Positions 28,312 through 38,976 of a DNA stretch of 64,000 bases are shown here, piece after piece (positions within the stretch are counted from its first letter, which is position 1; the number at the start of each line of letters is the position of its first letter). The position numbers and the translations under genes were made by a program. The stretch covers positions 1,168 to 65,167 of the forward strand of contig JABMNY010000031.1 in the NCBI GenBank assembly GCA_013204385.1. Direction: 5' to 3'. Origin of the DNA: Candidatus Uhrbacteria bacterium. GTDB lineage: Bacteria; Patescibacteriota; Patescibacteriia; UBA9934; GWF2-40-263. The notes beneath the pieces were generated by a model, which was not told where the DNA came from, did no database searches, and worked only from the letters and a program-made list of their open reading frames with translations.

Positions 28312-31300
28312 TTATTCGTAAGGACAGTACGTTATATTGAAGTCGCTGAATTCCATTGTTCCAGTTCCATAAAATGCATTTCTGAGTGGAATCACCTGTT
28401 CCGTTGACTGACAGGCAAACGCTGTTGGAAATGGAAGTTCGACATTTGAACCTGATTGAACTTCACTTGTTGTAGTATAGGTTCCATCGTCATCCGTTGT
28501 CGTAAATGTTACCCGTGTCCCAAGAATGGAATCCACAATCGCGGCATACATCTCAGCAATTTCGTCTGAGCTGGATGCTGAAAACGCATAATCTCCCTCA
28601 CAATCTCCAGTGGACGTCACGCTACTCCACGCACATTCATTACTAGACATATGTGCCATATATCCCTTTAGATCACTGTCTGTTGTGACCGCTGCTGAGT
28701 AAATGAGGATGTCACTTCTTGGCACACCTTCCGTAGATCCATCAATAAGTACATCGGAGATCTCAGCTACACACGCAGGAACATCCGCATAATATGATGT
28801 CGATGGATAATTAGACCATGCATATCCAGAACATCCGGTAGACGAACCAACATTGAAAGTGCTATTGAGACCTGGATCTCCATCAGATAAGAGAACTACA
28901 ATTTTTACTTCGGCTGTAGATGCGCTCAGGATAGAAATAGCTTCACTCAATCCGTTATACGTAGGTGTTCCATTTACTACAGAATCGGCATAATCATCAA
29001 GGATACTCATCATGCTTGACTCCGACGAATATAAACTCAATCCAATATCAATTTCCGCTCCATCATCTACAGAACAATCTTCATCTTCACAATCAGCATT
29101 ATACTGACAGACATTGCCATCATCTGACCCCCCACTACAAAGTCCTGTTGATCCAGAGAAGGAGACGAGGGAAATCTGCATGGTCGCATCCAGTGAACCG
29201 TACGCATCAAAAAGATCTGAAACAGCATCTCGCGTTGCTTCAACCACATAGTCAATTCTTCGAATTCCAACAGGAGCTCCAGAAGCTTCACATGTCGACC
29301 CATCACATGATGAAGAACTTGTACACGCATCTCCGTCATTGGTTCCCCCATTACAATACTGATTCGTGTCCACATCCCAATCCATACTTCCTGAAAGATC
29401 CGTGACGAATACAATATCAACATCTGGATGCTCCACATCTTCATCATTAATATCTGCTGTAATCGATGTTGCAACACTGCAGGCTGGAATATAGAGCGCT
29501 GCATTATCAGGAGAATCGCCTTCATCATTCAGATAACTATAAAGCCTAATGGACTCTCCAGGAGTAGCTCCTAACGATTCACTCACAACAAATAATCCTG
29601 TCGTCTCATAAGATGTCGGACATGATGATCCGCAATTATCAGCGCAAATTGGTGCCACACAATCTCCTCCACTACAGGAATTGACGTCATTTCCTGATGT
29701 AAGCTCAGAAACCGTTCCACTACTTGCGTACGTTGTGTAGTTGAGTGTGCAATATTCTCCATTTTCCGTTCCCCCATTACAAACTCCAAGCCATCTACAG
29801 GTATAGCCATCTGAATCTGTTGTGTCATATTCCTCTGAAGCACAGGAGCCCGTTATGCTTCCTGATGTTGAATCATAATTCTTAAACGCGGTTGAATACG
29901 TTCCGTCACACACTTCAGAACCATTCACAACCCCATCTCCACAATAGGCTCCAGAGGTCGTCTTATACTGACAGATTGTGTTGCAATAATTACATGTACT
30001 GCCATAGTCGGCTTCACATAGCACTCCATTTCCTCCATGACTATCAACTTCCCCATCATCACAAGACTCGACGCCAACATAGACATAATCATCTCCACAG
30101 ACGTTTTCTTCACAGGTATTCAAACACGAATCATTGTTTGAGGAGTTTCCATCGTCGCACGCTTCATCTCCTTCCACTGTTCCGTTTCCACAAGTCTGAT
30201 CTCCTCCAACAGGACCCGTCCAAGTTGTTGGCCATTCACAAGATGAAGAGCAGGTTCGATAGCGATAAAGGTCGTATGTATTTGTAGAACATGCTCCACC
30301 ATTATCTTCACAATCTTCATTTGTATCTGTTGAATCACACGTATCTCCCGCATCATCCCCACCAATACAAATCGTTCCTGAACCCGCTGCTTCATATCCT
30401 GTCCCACCACAGGTATCCGTTCCATCACAATCACTGGTGGTCGTACAAGTTGTCACTCCATCAGAACAGAGTTTTCCTTCCCAGGATTCATAATCCCCGT
30501 CACAAGATTCACTTCCATTTACAATTCCATCTCCGCAAGAGAGCCCAGGAAGCGTGCAATTATACGCACAGTTATCTCCACCCGCATCATACTGTCCGTT
30601 TGAAGTTGCGCACCATGGAGAAGCAGTTGTTCCTGTTGCATCTGGACCTATTGTTGCCCAACTACTTGATTCTAAAATCACACTTGCATACGTGCTCGTT
30701 GTTCCACAATCACATTGCTCAGAACCAGCTAAATATCCATCTCCACAGGAGAATGAACCTGTGGCAGTACAAGTGTCTCCACAATGTCCGTAGGTTCCGT
30801 TCAATGAGCCATCATCACAATCCTCACCTGTTTCCACGACACCATTTCCACAATCATAAGGGATGCATTCTGCTCCTGCAAATTCTGCTTCTGTTTGATC
30901 TTGAAAATCTGAACAATCTGATAAACAGGAAACGGCAATCACTCCACCAGAAGCAGTGCAAGCAATGGTCATTGTATCTCCAATCTCACAACCTTCTAAC
31001 GCTCCTTGTGTTCCATCTCCACATAACGCTGAGTCTCCCCAAGTGCTTCCATCACAGAAGACCGGTGTCAATGAAAATCCGCTCATGACAGAACTTGGCG
31101 CGTTTCCTGTTGGATACTCAACTGTAATCGTTCCCTCGTCTGTAGAATCCGCATCTATATCTTCGGTCCATTCATATTCTCCAGAAAGTTCAAGGGTTGC
31201 ATAAAGTTTGTACGCCTCGCCTCCGACACTCTGATAGCCATACACATGTGAATTCTCTGGACACATAAACGTTCCAGATTCTCCGTTCCAACAAGAAGCA

Positions 31301-34300
31301 GAATCGTATCCGTCTTCTGAGCAGTTAAAAAATTCGTTTATTGGATCCGTTGGAAGTGTCGTTCCAAGTTCATTTGCAAGTGAGGCATTCCAAGAGCTCC
31401 AGATAGAGTTTGAGATTGCAGGAATAAACGTCCCAGATTGCACATCAGGAAACCCTACAACACAGACCTCTGTTCCAGGACAATCCTCATCTGCGTCACA
31501 AGATTGACCTTGTGTTACGGCACAATGTCCATTCTCCTCTCCGTAGGAATCGAGTGATGAAGCAAGGGCAGTCACGTCAATAAGTCGTTGCATGTCGCGT
31601 GTCAATTTTGCTTTTTGTCCATCACAGACAATAGTCTCTTCCTCAAACTCTTCATAACAATCCCCATCCCATTCACAGCTCACATACTCCTCATCCTCAT
31701 TCAGCGCATACGTTCCATCAGATTCATCCTGACACAAATTGATATTTGTCACTTCAAGATTATTCGCGTTAAACCGCCAATTCGTAAGCAATTGAGAGAA
31801 GATCTCCTCTGATTCTGCACTCGCATTGTCGTTATAGGAAACAACATACATGTTTGGATAGATATCTCCTGACGATTCAATAAGGTTTGCAGCTGCAGCA
31901 TACAGCGTATTTCCAGACTCAACCGCTGAATAGGAATCAAGTTCCGTCTGTGTAAATGCTCCCGTAAACTGTTGTTCCTCCACCCAATCAGCAGGTGAGA
32001 GATAACTTGCATTTGGAAGGACACGTACTCCAATCGCATCACTTGATCCTTCAACTTTAAAGATAATTTCTTGTCGAATCACCGATGAATCAAATGATGT
32101 GACATCGATTGGATCACCGAGCGCAGGAAGATCATCTTCTGTTCCATCTTCTCCTGCATCGCGACAGTAATAAAATGAGAAATAACTTGGGAGTACATCC
32201 TCCACGTATGGAAAACTTAAGGTTTCTGAAGCAAGGGAAGGCCATGGATTCTCACACAAAAGAGCTCTCACTTCTAGCGTTCCGGAAACAGTTCTTGCAG
32301 GAGATGATTCATCTGCATCCGTAGTTTCATCGTCTTCAATCTCAGCAGTAGATGGGTCAAACAACTCATCATCTGTAATGGTTGCAATCGCAAGCACGAT
32401 TTCACTTCCGTCATTTCCACTTGCGGTAAAACTACGAGTTGTGTCTTCTGGCTCCTCTGTCTCTGGGGTTATAACATTTGTTGAAGCAGAGTCTGTAATC
32501 GAAGATGCCCAAGACCAATCCCAATCATAGAGTCCTTCAATTGGAGAGATTTCTTGATATCCTCCAGCGCGATATGTTTGTGGTGTCGCGACAAACGCAT
32601 GCTCTTCTCCTGTTGTACTGAAATACTGAATACTCAAAGATTCATACTCTTCTGCATCCACATCCCCTGTATCCTCAAGAAGCACGCGATCAAGATCACA
32701 AATCTCTTCACCGATCGCAAATTTTTGACTGAAATATTCATCTTCGCAATCATCATCAATACAGAGAGTTACATCGTTTTGACTCAAGACACCTGTCTTT
32801 TCACTATCTGTTGGAGTCTCGTCGCCCACAACAACCAACTTATAGATTGCATTTTCTTGTAATAATTCACTGAAACGAAGATACACACGGGAGGTTCCAT
32901 CACCATTTTGCACGATCGAATAACTCGTGACCGGCACGTAACAGGAAAAAGTACTTGACGCCTGAACCTCACGACCAAACAACCCAAGAACAACTGATTT
33001 TATAAAATGCCAAATCTTTCCTCCGAAGCTCACAGACTCTGAACCAAGAGAACCAATGTACCCGGACGGACAATCTGCAATGTCGCTCACCGTCTCTTGA
33101 GCTCCGTCTCCATCTGAGTCAACGGAAACAAGATCAATGTAGAGATTTGAATCAAATTCATCCTCTTGAATTGTTCCATCCCCATCTAAATCCTCGGACG
33201 TTCCAAAGGTTGTCTCATCCATCGATTCTGAAAATTCAATCCATACAGCACTATTTCGACAGAACCCCTCATCCGTTCCTGCAAGAAATGCCACAGAGTT
33301 ATCTGCGGGAGAAAGTTCTCCAATTGTTGGACGTTCATAACAACAGTTACTTTCCCCACATCCCAAACCAGCCGCTCCACACGAATTATCTGTGGTACAA
33401 GCACACTGTAATCGAAGCGTTGCCTCTCCTTCCACATCCTCATCCACAACAACAGAAATGGTCGAGATAGCGTATCCTGTGTCTTCGTTTACTTCCGTTG
33501 GAGCACCTGTTGCAACTTGCGCAACACCATAATCTCCTGCTGAGAACGAGGCTGTTGAAAGGGCGTCACAATCCTCTGCGGTTCCAACAATGCCGTCGCC
33601 ACAAAAAGATGGTGTCGCATACTCGTACGACGACCCAAGCCAGAGACAACTGCTTGAACATCCCTCGTCTCCGTCACATGCTTCTCCGGTGTCTACATCT
33701 CCATTTCCACAACAGTTTGCTGAATCACTGGTTGGACACACACTGCTTCCTTCGTACAAACACTCAGAAGAACATCCATCGTCTTCCGCAGAATAATCAC
33801 CTGGGTCACAGTCTTCTCCTTCGTCAATGGTGCCGTCTCCACAAATGGCATAGACATCGTCTTCTGAAGCAGATCCTTCTAAGAGGCAATTCCTTGAACA
33901 ACCATCACCACTTGATGTGTTTCCATCATCGCAATCCTCACCTCCAGTATTTACCACCCAATCCTGTGTTCCATCTCCGCAGACTGAACCGATCGACCGA
34001 GCTCCCTCATTTTTACATGAAGAGGAGCATCCATCACCACTCGTAATGTTTCCATCGTCACAATCTTCTCCTCCCGCAGAGGCTGACCAATCTCGTACTC
34101 CATTTCCACAACAACCTGAACCTGAACGTTCACAGCTATCGCCAGAGTAATAAACACACTCACTACTTGCGCCAGAACAAACACCTCCTGAGAGAGAACA
34201 AGCTCCTACACAAGAACCTGAATCACAGACCCCGTCGTTGGAACACGATGTGTCTGCGTCCTCAAAATCTTCACACAAACCAGCTTCCGAACAGCTTCTG

Positions 34301-37300
34301 CTTTCACATCCTTCGTCTCCTACACAGGCATTACCCACATCTGAAGCAGATGTGCACATAGCGCTTGCACACGTCTCATTACAGGATGCGTCGTTTGTAC
34401 ACTCCGCTCCTGAGGAACTACATGTTGCATCACACTGTACTGATCCTTCATTTAAACACACAGCAGAACATCCATCTCCAGCCTCTGTCCCGCCATCATC
34501 ACATTCTTCGGAATCTTCTACTGATCCATTTCCACAAACTCCGTCAGCGATCGTGACAGGAGCCCCCGCATTCAAGCACGCTGCTGTACAGTAACTTGCA
34601 ATATCAGATGTCAGCTCGATCGCTCCATTTGAAATCATGTAGGAAACGACCTCATCTGAATCCGTGGTACTGGTACTCACTCCATTTTGATTTTGCGCGT
34701 CAGTCGAAACCCATGCATCCCAAAGGTAAGATCCTGACTGAAGCGTTTGACCCTGATCTGAACAATCATCAGGGGCTCCTAATGCAAATGCATCAAACTC
34801 TGCGCGATCTCCCACATAGTAGAGCGTTGCGACAGATGGATCGAGTGTAAGCGAATCAACCGCACAACTCACCGCATCATTTTTTGTTCGAAACACCCAT
34901 GAGAACGCATCTTCAAAATACCGGTTATCATCCGTTCCGTAATTGGAACCTGAGTCAGAAAGAGCAACTCCCGTACAAGAATAAATTTCTGTCGCATCAA
35001 CAACTACGCGATACCAGGTATTGGGCTCTAAGGTCTCTCCATCATTAAAATTAATATAGAACTTCTGGGTTGAATCTTCTTCTGTCTCACAGGTATCGCC
35101 TGAAAAACTCACTGAGGCAACTTCTGCAAACTCCGTCAGTTCTGATGTTTCACACAATGAGTTGTCACATTCATATAATGTGACAGCGCCTGCTCCAATC
35201 GTTCCTCCATCCATCTTTGTATTAAATTCAGCCCAAGGCAACGCGTTCACACACGCGGTTGTACATTGTGGAAAGTAATCTTCAATTTCTGGATCGAGAA
35301 AATTAATCGTCAACTCCCCCTCACCCGATGGATCTCCTTCTGCGTCTGTAACGGTTGCGGTAATAATGGCTGGATCATCTGAAGTCGTTTCAGATTGTGC
35401 ATACACTTCATTCACACACACACCAGACCATTCAGATGTTGGAATTAACACATCGTCTGAAACAGAATCCCAATACAAGGTATATCCAGCACAACTCAAC
35501 GCAACACAACTATCGTTTTGTGCGGTCAGCTGAGCTGTGTAGTCAACGTATGCTTGTTCTGTTTGCGTATATTCCCCTGGACGCACATTCACGTCTCCCA
35601 CCTCACATAATTCCGTAGAGCTACTTGTTGTAAACTCCCAATCAAAATCTTCCGCGAGATATCCTCCATCTGCACTTTGGATTTGATCTCCTCCCTGAAG
35701 AGAGACCTGGTAATGTGTCCCCGCTTCAAACAACCCAGACGTAGGTTGCCAGGAAAATCCTGTTTCGTCTGGAGTAGGCATTGTGCCTTCGACAACCTCC
35801 CAAGTCTTACACTCTCCTTCACTTGCCAAGACACAAGACTCGTCCTCGTCTTCACAATCTCCAACATCGTCACACGCATCTCCTGAAAACGAGCAATAGC
35901 GGTCTTCTGCGGTTTCTTCTTCAAGGGTAAATTCTGAACTACAAGAACGAACAATAACCGTCGATGTCGTAAGTGTATCGCCGTTCATCGCCATATTAAA
36001 CTCAGCTTGCACACTTGCATTCAAACAAATATCGTCTGGGTCGCTCCATCCATCCCACGGAGATGGAGAAGTTCCATCTTCATCACAGGCAAGAATGACA
36101 CGCGGGGTATTTGGTGTAATCCCTGTCGTAATTTTAAATGCATAATGTGCTGACACTTCTTCTGTCTCGTCACAGGTTTCTGAACACGAACCATTAGAGC
36201 AACAACTCTCCCCCTCAGAACACAGGTCTGCATCCTCGCGACAATCTCCTACACTAAATGTCACAGAATTAGATGAATACCCACTTTCAGACTCTTCAAT
36301 ATAAACAGGTCCAGTTGCGGCTTCATCTGGAACGATCACAGATGAAATTTCATCATTTGCCCAAACCCCAAAAGTGGTCTCTTGTGTGGAATAAAAGACA
36401 ACCGTTCCATCATCAGACCCAAGATTCTCTCCGTAGAGCGTAATTTCAGATTCCGCTGGTCCAGCAGAAGGATCGATATTACAGATCGATGGTCCGGGCA
36501 CCTCATCAAGAACAACAAAATCCTCTGCTCCTGATGTATTTCCATCCGCGCGCTCAACAGTCAATGCGTGCGTGATTGCCTCAATCGCATCCTCATCTTC
36601 TGTAAGATACGTCTCAGGGACCTTCATGGTAATAGAGGTGTCATGCCAAAAATCTTCACCACAGACATCAGGAAAATCTGTATCTCCTAATGCAGTATAC
36701 CCAAGCGATTCGTTATCAAAGAAAACAGATCCAGTAGACGTTCCAAATCCCGTTCCATAAATCGTAATGTACTGACCTGCTGGCCCCCAATTGTCGGCAT
36801 CATCACATGTGGCCCCTTCACTACAATCATCATCAGATCCACAATGGGTATTATCATCTGAACATGCCTGCCAACCTGAATCAATAAAAGAAATGATTGG
36901 ACTAGAAGAACTTGAAGAGTCAGCTACGGTAAATGTAACTTTATTTGATCCAACACGGACTGATTCACAAGACCCTCCATCATCTCCACAATCGTCGTCA
37001 TCTCCACAGTACTCAAGTGTTTCAGAGCACCAAGACGCAGCACAACTCTCACCTGCATCTGTGTCACAATCTTCATCGTCTGTACAAGTATCTCCTGTAG
37101 CTACGTTATCTGTATCAACACACAGATAGTCCCCCGTAAACACTTGTCCACTATATCTTCCGGAATTCACATTTGGAACGGAAAGATTCAAGAGTGTGTC
37201 GGACCATGAAACATAGGTACTTGCTTCGTAGTTTGTAAAATAAAACGTAGAAGATCCTTGTGAATCTCCAAAACTGTTTCCGTACACTTCGATGGTAGAT

Positions 37301-38976
37301 CCATAGGTGTCTGAATCTGGATCAAGGAGACAAATTCCAGGTCGCGCAATCGCATTTACATCAAAGTCTGAAATGGATGGACCATAATCATCATCTGTTC
37401 GTTCTGTTTCGTCATCACTTGTCACAACAGAGATCGGTCCATCAATTGCCCCAGAAGGGACTTGGACAATAATCTCAGAATCTGACCATTGAATCTCAGA
37501 ATTACATTCGTAGGCAGATGCAGAGGTCTCGTCACTATTTTCTGTTCCCAAGAAATAGAGAACACCTTCCTCATCTCCAAACCCTTCTCCAGAGATTGTA
37601 ATCAGATTTCCTTCAGCTCCATCTCCTGCAGAAACACTCTCAATTTTTGGAATGGTAACGCATTGTCCGTCGACACATTGTCCGCTTGCACAATCGGAAT
37701 CTTCAGAACATGAATCTCCATCGCAAGACCCACAGTAGTAAGCACTTGAAGAATCTCCTCCGCAATCCACTTCTGTTTCACCCAAATCTTCATCGAGCAC
37801 TTCGTTATTACAATTTGCTGCACGCAACACAATTGAAACACGAGATGCCGTATCAGAATTACCGGCACAATCGTATCCTTTTGCCCAAATGTTATACGTT
37901 TCATTTGTGGTATATCCTTCTGTGTCCCATTCCTCAGCTGTATCACTAAAGAATGCATTTTCAACATTTCCTCCTAGCAGTTCACCTGCATTTGAATAAT
38001 CAACTCCTGAGGAATAGATCGCTTCCTCATCATCAATGACATAAAAATCAACGGTTGAAACACCACTATCATCTGATGTCAGAGCTTGTAAAAGTTCAAT
38101 AGAACCCGCATAAAAACTCTCACCGTTTTCAGGAGCATCGATCTCAACGGTTGGATCTGCGATATCCACCTCTGATCCTGTTGTAAAACTAAAGGAGCAT
38201 GGATACGAACTTGAACAGGTCAGCGATGAACCAGCTGATGAATCGATTACCGTTGAATCGAGATCAATCGTATAACTACTGAGGGGATCAAAACAGGACT
38301 CATCTTCATATGGACTGTCACATGCTTGCGAAGGGGTAAACGTTACTGTACGACTCGAAACAATGAACGTTCCCTCAACAGCATCTCCTCCAGCATCTCG
38401 AATAAGGATACCTTCTTCCACAGTGTCCCCATCAATTTTCTTTGAGAAAACAAACTGGAGCTGAAGATTCTGCAATGCCTCTGCGCACTCTGTGTTCACA
38501 GAACTCAAATAAAATGTGGAGCTTCCACTTCCGTCTGTATAGGAACCTGACGAGGACGAGCTTCCAGAAATATCACCACTCGTCGCCCCCACAAGCGCAT
38601 TTAAAATAAACTGTGCGATCGCAAAACTTGAAAATACCAGTATGAGTCCGATCACCGAATTAATGATGATCTTCTTAGCCTTTGCAATCCTCTCAGGACT
38701 TCCTCCTGCCGTCATGTACACAAACCCTCCGTAGAGTATGAACACGACCGTCACAACTCCCACGAGCGTAATTGCCGTTCGAATGAGACGTGCAATGATC
38801 ACAGTGATGCTTGCTGTGGTGGAGAACCCAGCAGTCTCTGCGAATGACTCAAGATTCACATCTTGAGCAAATACTGGCGCGGCAACGAAAATCCCAACAC
38901 ATAATATTAGTGCAAGGAAAACGCCTAAGTAAGTTGCCCGAGTGAATCTACGCATGTCGTTAAAGTTCAGTTTCAC
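28312..38976 (-). CDS. giant (3554 aa) acidic Cys-rich surface protein: pilin-like N-terminus, Ig-like/IPT domains, Myxococcus-type Cys repeats, C-terminal vWA
   Basis: Signal '..PVFA' then TrbC/VirB2-like 'ILYGGFVYMTAGG..KAKKII'; 'ITISGEGFG' IPT motifs; many 'CGNG..E.CDDGN...GDGCS..C'; vWA MIDAS 'DLSGSM' and 'LLSDG'. Confidence 0.88.
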   Translation of the reverse strand: MKLNFNDMRRFTRATYLGVFLALILCVGIFVAAPVFAQDVNLESFAETAGFSTTASITVIIARLIRTAITLVGVVTVVFILYGGFVYMTAGGSPERIAKAKKIIINSVIGLILVFSSFAIAQFILNALVGATSGDISGSSSSSGSYTDGSGSSTFYLSSVNTECAEALQNLQLQFVFSKKIDGDTVEEGILIRDAGGDAVEGTFIVSSRTVTFTPSQACDSPYEDESCFDPLSSYTIDLDSTVIDSSAGSSLTCSSSYPCSFSFTTGSEVDIADPTVEIDAPENGESFYAGSIELLQALTSDDSGVSTVDFYVIDDEEAIYSSGVDYSNAGELLGGNVENAFFSDTAEEWDTEGYTTNETYNIWAKGYDCAGNSDTASRVSIVLRAANCNNEVLDEDLGETEVDCGGDSSSAYYCGSCDGDSCSEDSDCASGQCVDGQCVTIPKIESVSAGDGAEGNLITISGEGFGDEEGVLYFLGTENSDETSASAYECNSEIQWSDSEIIVQVPSGAIDGPISVVTSDDETERTDDDYGPSISDFDVNAIARPGICLLDPDSDTYGSTIEVYGNSFGDSQGSSTFYFTNYEASTYVSWSDTLLNLSVPNVNSGRYSGQVFTGDYLCVDTDNVATGDTCTDDEDCDTDAGESCAASWCSETLEYCGDDDDCGDDGGSCESVRVGSNKVTFTVADSSSSSSPIISFIDSGWQACSDDNTHCGSDDDCSEGATCDDADNWGPAGQYITIYGTGFGTSTGSVFFDNESLGYTALGDTDFPDVCGEDFWHDTSITMKVPETYLTEDEDAIEAITHALTVERADGNTSGAEDFVVLDEVPGPSICNIDPSAGPAESEITLYGENLGSDDGTVVFYSTQETTFGVWANDEISSVIVPDEAATGPVYIEESESGYSSNSVTFSVGDCREDADLCSEGESCCSNGSCSETCDETEEVSAHYAFKITTGITPNTPRVILACDEDGTSPSPWDGWSDPDDICLNASVQAEFNMAMNGDTLTTSTVIVRSCSSEFTLEEETAEDRYCSFSGDACDDVGDCEDEDESCVLASEGECKTWEVVEGTMPTPDETGFSWQPTSGLFEAGTHYQVSLQGGDQIQSADGGYLAEDFDWEFTTSSSTELCEVGDVNVRPGEYTQTEQAYVDYTAQLTAQNDSCVALSCAGYTLYWDSVSDDVLIPTSEWSGVCVNEVYAQSETTSDDPAIITATVTDAEGDPSGEGELTINFLDPEIEDYFPQCTTACVNALPWAEFNTKMDGGTIGAGAVTLYECDNSLCETSELTEFAEVASVSFSGDTCETEEDSTQKFYINFNDGETLEPNTWYRVVVDATEIYSCTGVALSDSGSNYGTDDNRYFEDAFSWVFRTKNDAVSCAVDSLTLDPSVATLYYVGDRAEFDAFALGAPDDCSDQGQTLQSGSYLWDAWVSTDAQNQNGVSTSTTDSDEVVSYMISNGAIELTSDIASYCTAACLNAGAPVTIADGVCGNGSVEDSEECDDGGTEAGDGCSAVCLNEGSVQCDATCSSSGAECTNDASCNETCASAMCTSASDVGNACVGDEGCESRSCSEAGLCEDFEDADTSCSNDGVCDSGSCVGACSLSGGVCSGASSECVYYSGDSCERSGSGCCGNGVRDWSASAGGEDCDDGNITSGDGCSSSCKNEGARSIGSVCGDGTQDWVVNTGGEDCDDGNTSSGDGCSRNCLLEGSASEDDVYAICGDGTIDEGEDCDPGDYSAEDDGCSSECLYEGSSVCPTSDSANCCGNGDVDTGEACDGDEGCSSSCLWLGSSYEYATPSFCGDGIVGTAEDCDALSTASFSAGDYGVAQVATGAPTEVNEDTGYAISTISVVVDEDVEGEATLRLQCACTTDNSCGAAGLGCGESNCCYERPTIGELSPADNSVAFLAGTDEGFCRNSAVWIEFSESMDETTFGTSEDLDGDGTIQEDEFDSNLYIDLVSVDSDGDGAQETVSDIADCPSGYIGSLGSESVSFGGKIWHFIKSVVLGLFGREVQASSTFSCYVPVTSYSIVQNGDGTSRVYLRFSELLQENAIYKLVVVGDETPTDSEKTGVLSQNDVTLCIDDDCEDEYFSQKFAIGEEICDLDRVLLEDTGDVDAEEYESLSIQYFSTTGEEHAFVATPQTYRAGGYQEISPIEGLYDWDWSWASSITDSASTNVITPETEEPEDTTRSFTASGNDGSEIVLAIATITDDELFDPSTAEIEDDETTDADESSPARTVSGTLEVRALLCENPWPSLASETLSFPYVEDVLPSYFSFYYCRDAGEDGTEDDLPALGDPIDVTSFDSSVIRQEIIFKVEGSSDAIGVRVLPNASYLSPADWVEEQQFTGAFTQTELDSYSAVESGNTLYAAAANLIESSGDIYPNMYVVSYNDNASAESEEIFSQLLTNWRFNANNLEVTNINLCQDESDGTYALNEDEEYVSCEWDGDCYEEFEEETIVCDGQKAKLTRDMQRLIDVTALASSLDSYGEENGHCAVTQGQSCDADEDCPGTEVCVVGFPDVQSGTFIPAISNSIWSSWNASLANELGTTLPTDPINEFFNCSEDGYDSASCWNGESGTFMCPENSHVYGYQSVGGEAYKLYATLELSGEYEWTEDIDADSTDEGTITVEYPTGNAPSSVMSGFSLTPVFCDGSTWGDSALCGDGTQGALEGCEIGDTMTIACTASGGVIAVSCLSDCSDFQDQTEAEFAGAECIPYDCGNGVVETGEDCDDGSLNGTYGHCGDTCTATGSFSCGDGYLAGSEQCDCGTTSTYASVILESSSWATIGPDATGTTASPWCATSNGQYDAGGDNCAYNCTLPGLSCGDGIVNGSESCDGDYESWEGKLCSDGVTTCTTTSDCDGTDTCGGTGYEAAGSGTICIGGDDAGDTCDSTDTNEDCEDNGGACSTNTYDLYRYRTCSSSCEWPTTWTGPVGGDQTCGNGTVEGDEACDDGNSSNNDSCLNTCEENVCGDDYVYVGVESCDDGEVDSHGGNGVLCEADYGSTCNYCNTICQYKTTSGAYCGDGVVNGSEVCDGTYSTAFKNYDSTSGSITGSCASEEYDTTDSDGYTCRWLGVCNGGTENGEYCTLNYTTYASSGTVSELTSGNDVNSCSGGDCVAPICADNCGSSCPTSYETTGLFVVSESLGATPGESIRLYSYLNDEGDSPDNAALYIPACSVATSITADINDEDVEHPDVDIVFVTDLSGSMDWDVDTNQYCNGGTNDGDACTSSSSCDGSTCEASGAPVGIRRIDYVVEATRDAVSDLFDAYGSLDATMQISLVSFSGSTGLCSGGSDDGNVCQYNADCEDEDCSVDDGAEIDIGLSLYSSESSMMSILDDYADSVVNGTPTYNGLSEAISILSASTAEVKIVVLLSDGDPGLNSTFNVGSSTGCSGYAWSNYPSTSYYADVPACVAEISDVLIDGSTEGVPRSDILIYSAAVTTDSDLKGYMAHMSSNECAWSSVTSTGDCEGDYAFSASSSDEIAEMYAAIVDSILGTRVTFTTTDDDGTYTTTSEVQSGSNVELPFPTAFACQSTEQVIPLRNAFYGTGTMEFSDFNITYCPYE

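Noticed and set aside
28965-37967. Many alternative-frame ORFs inside the giant gene
   Set aside because: Shadow ORFs produced by its biased composition.
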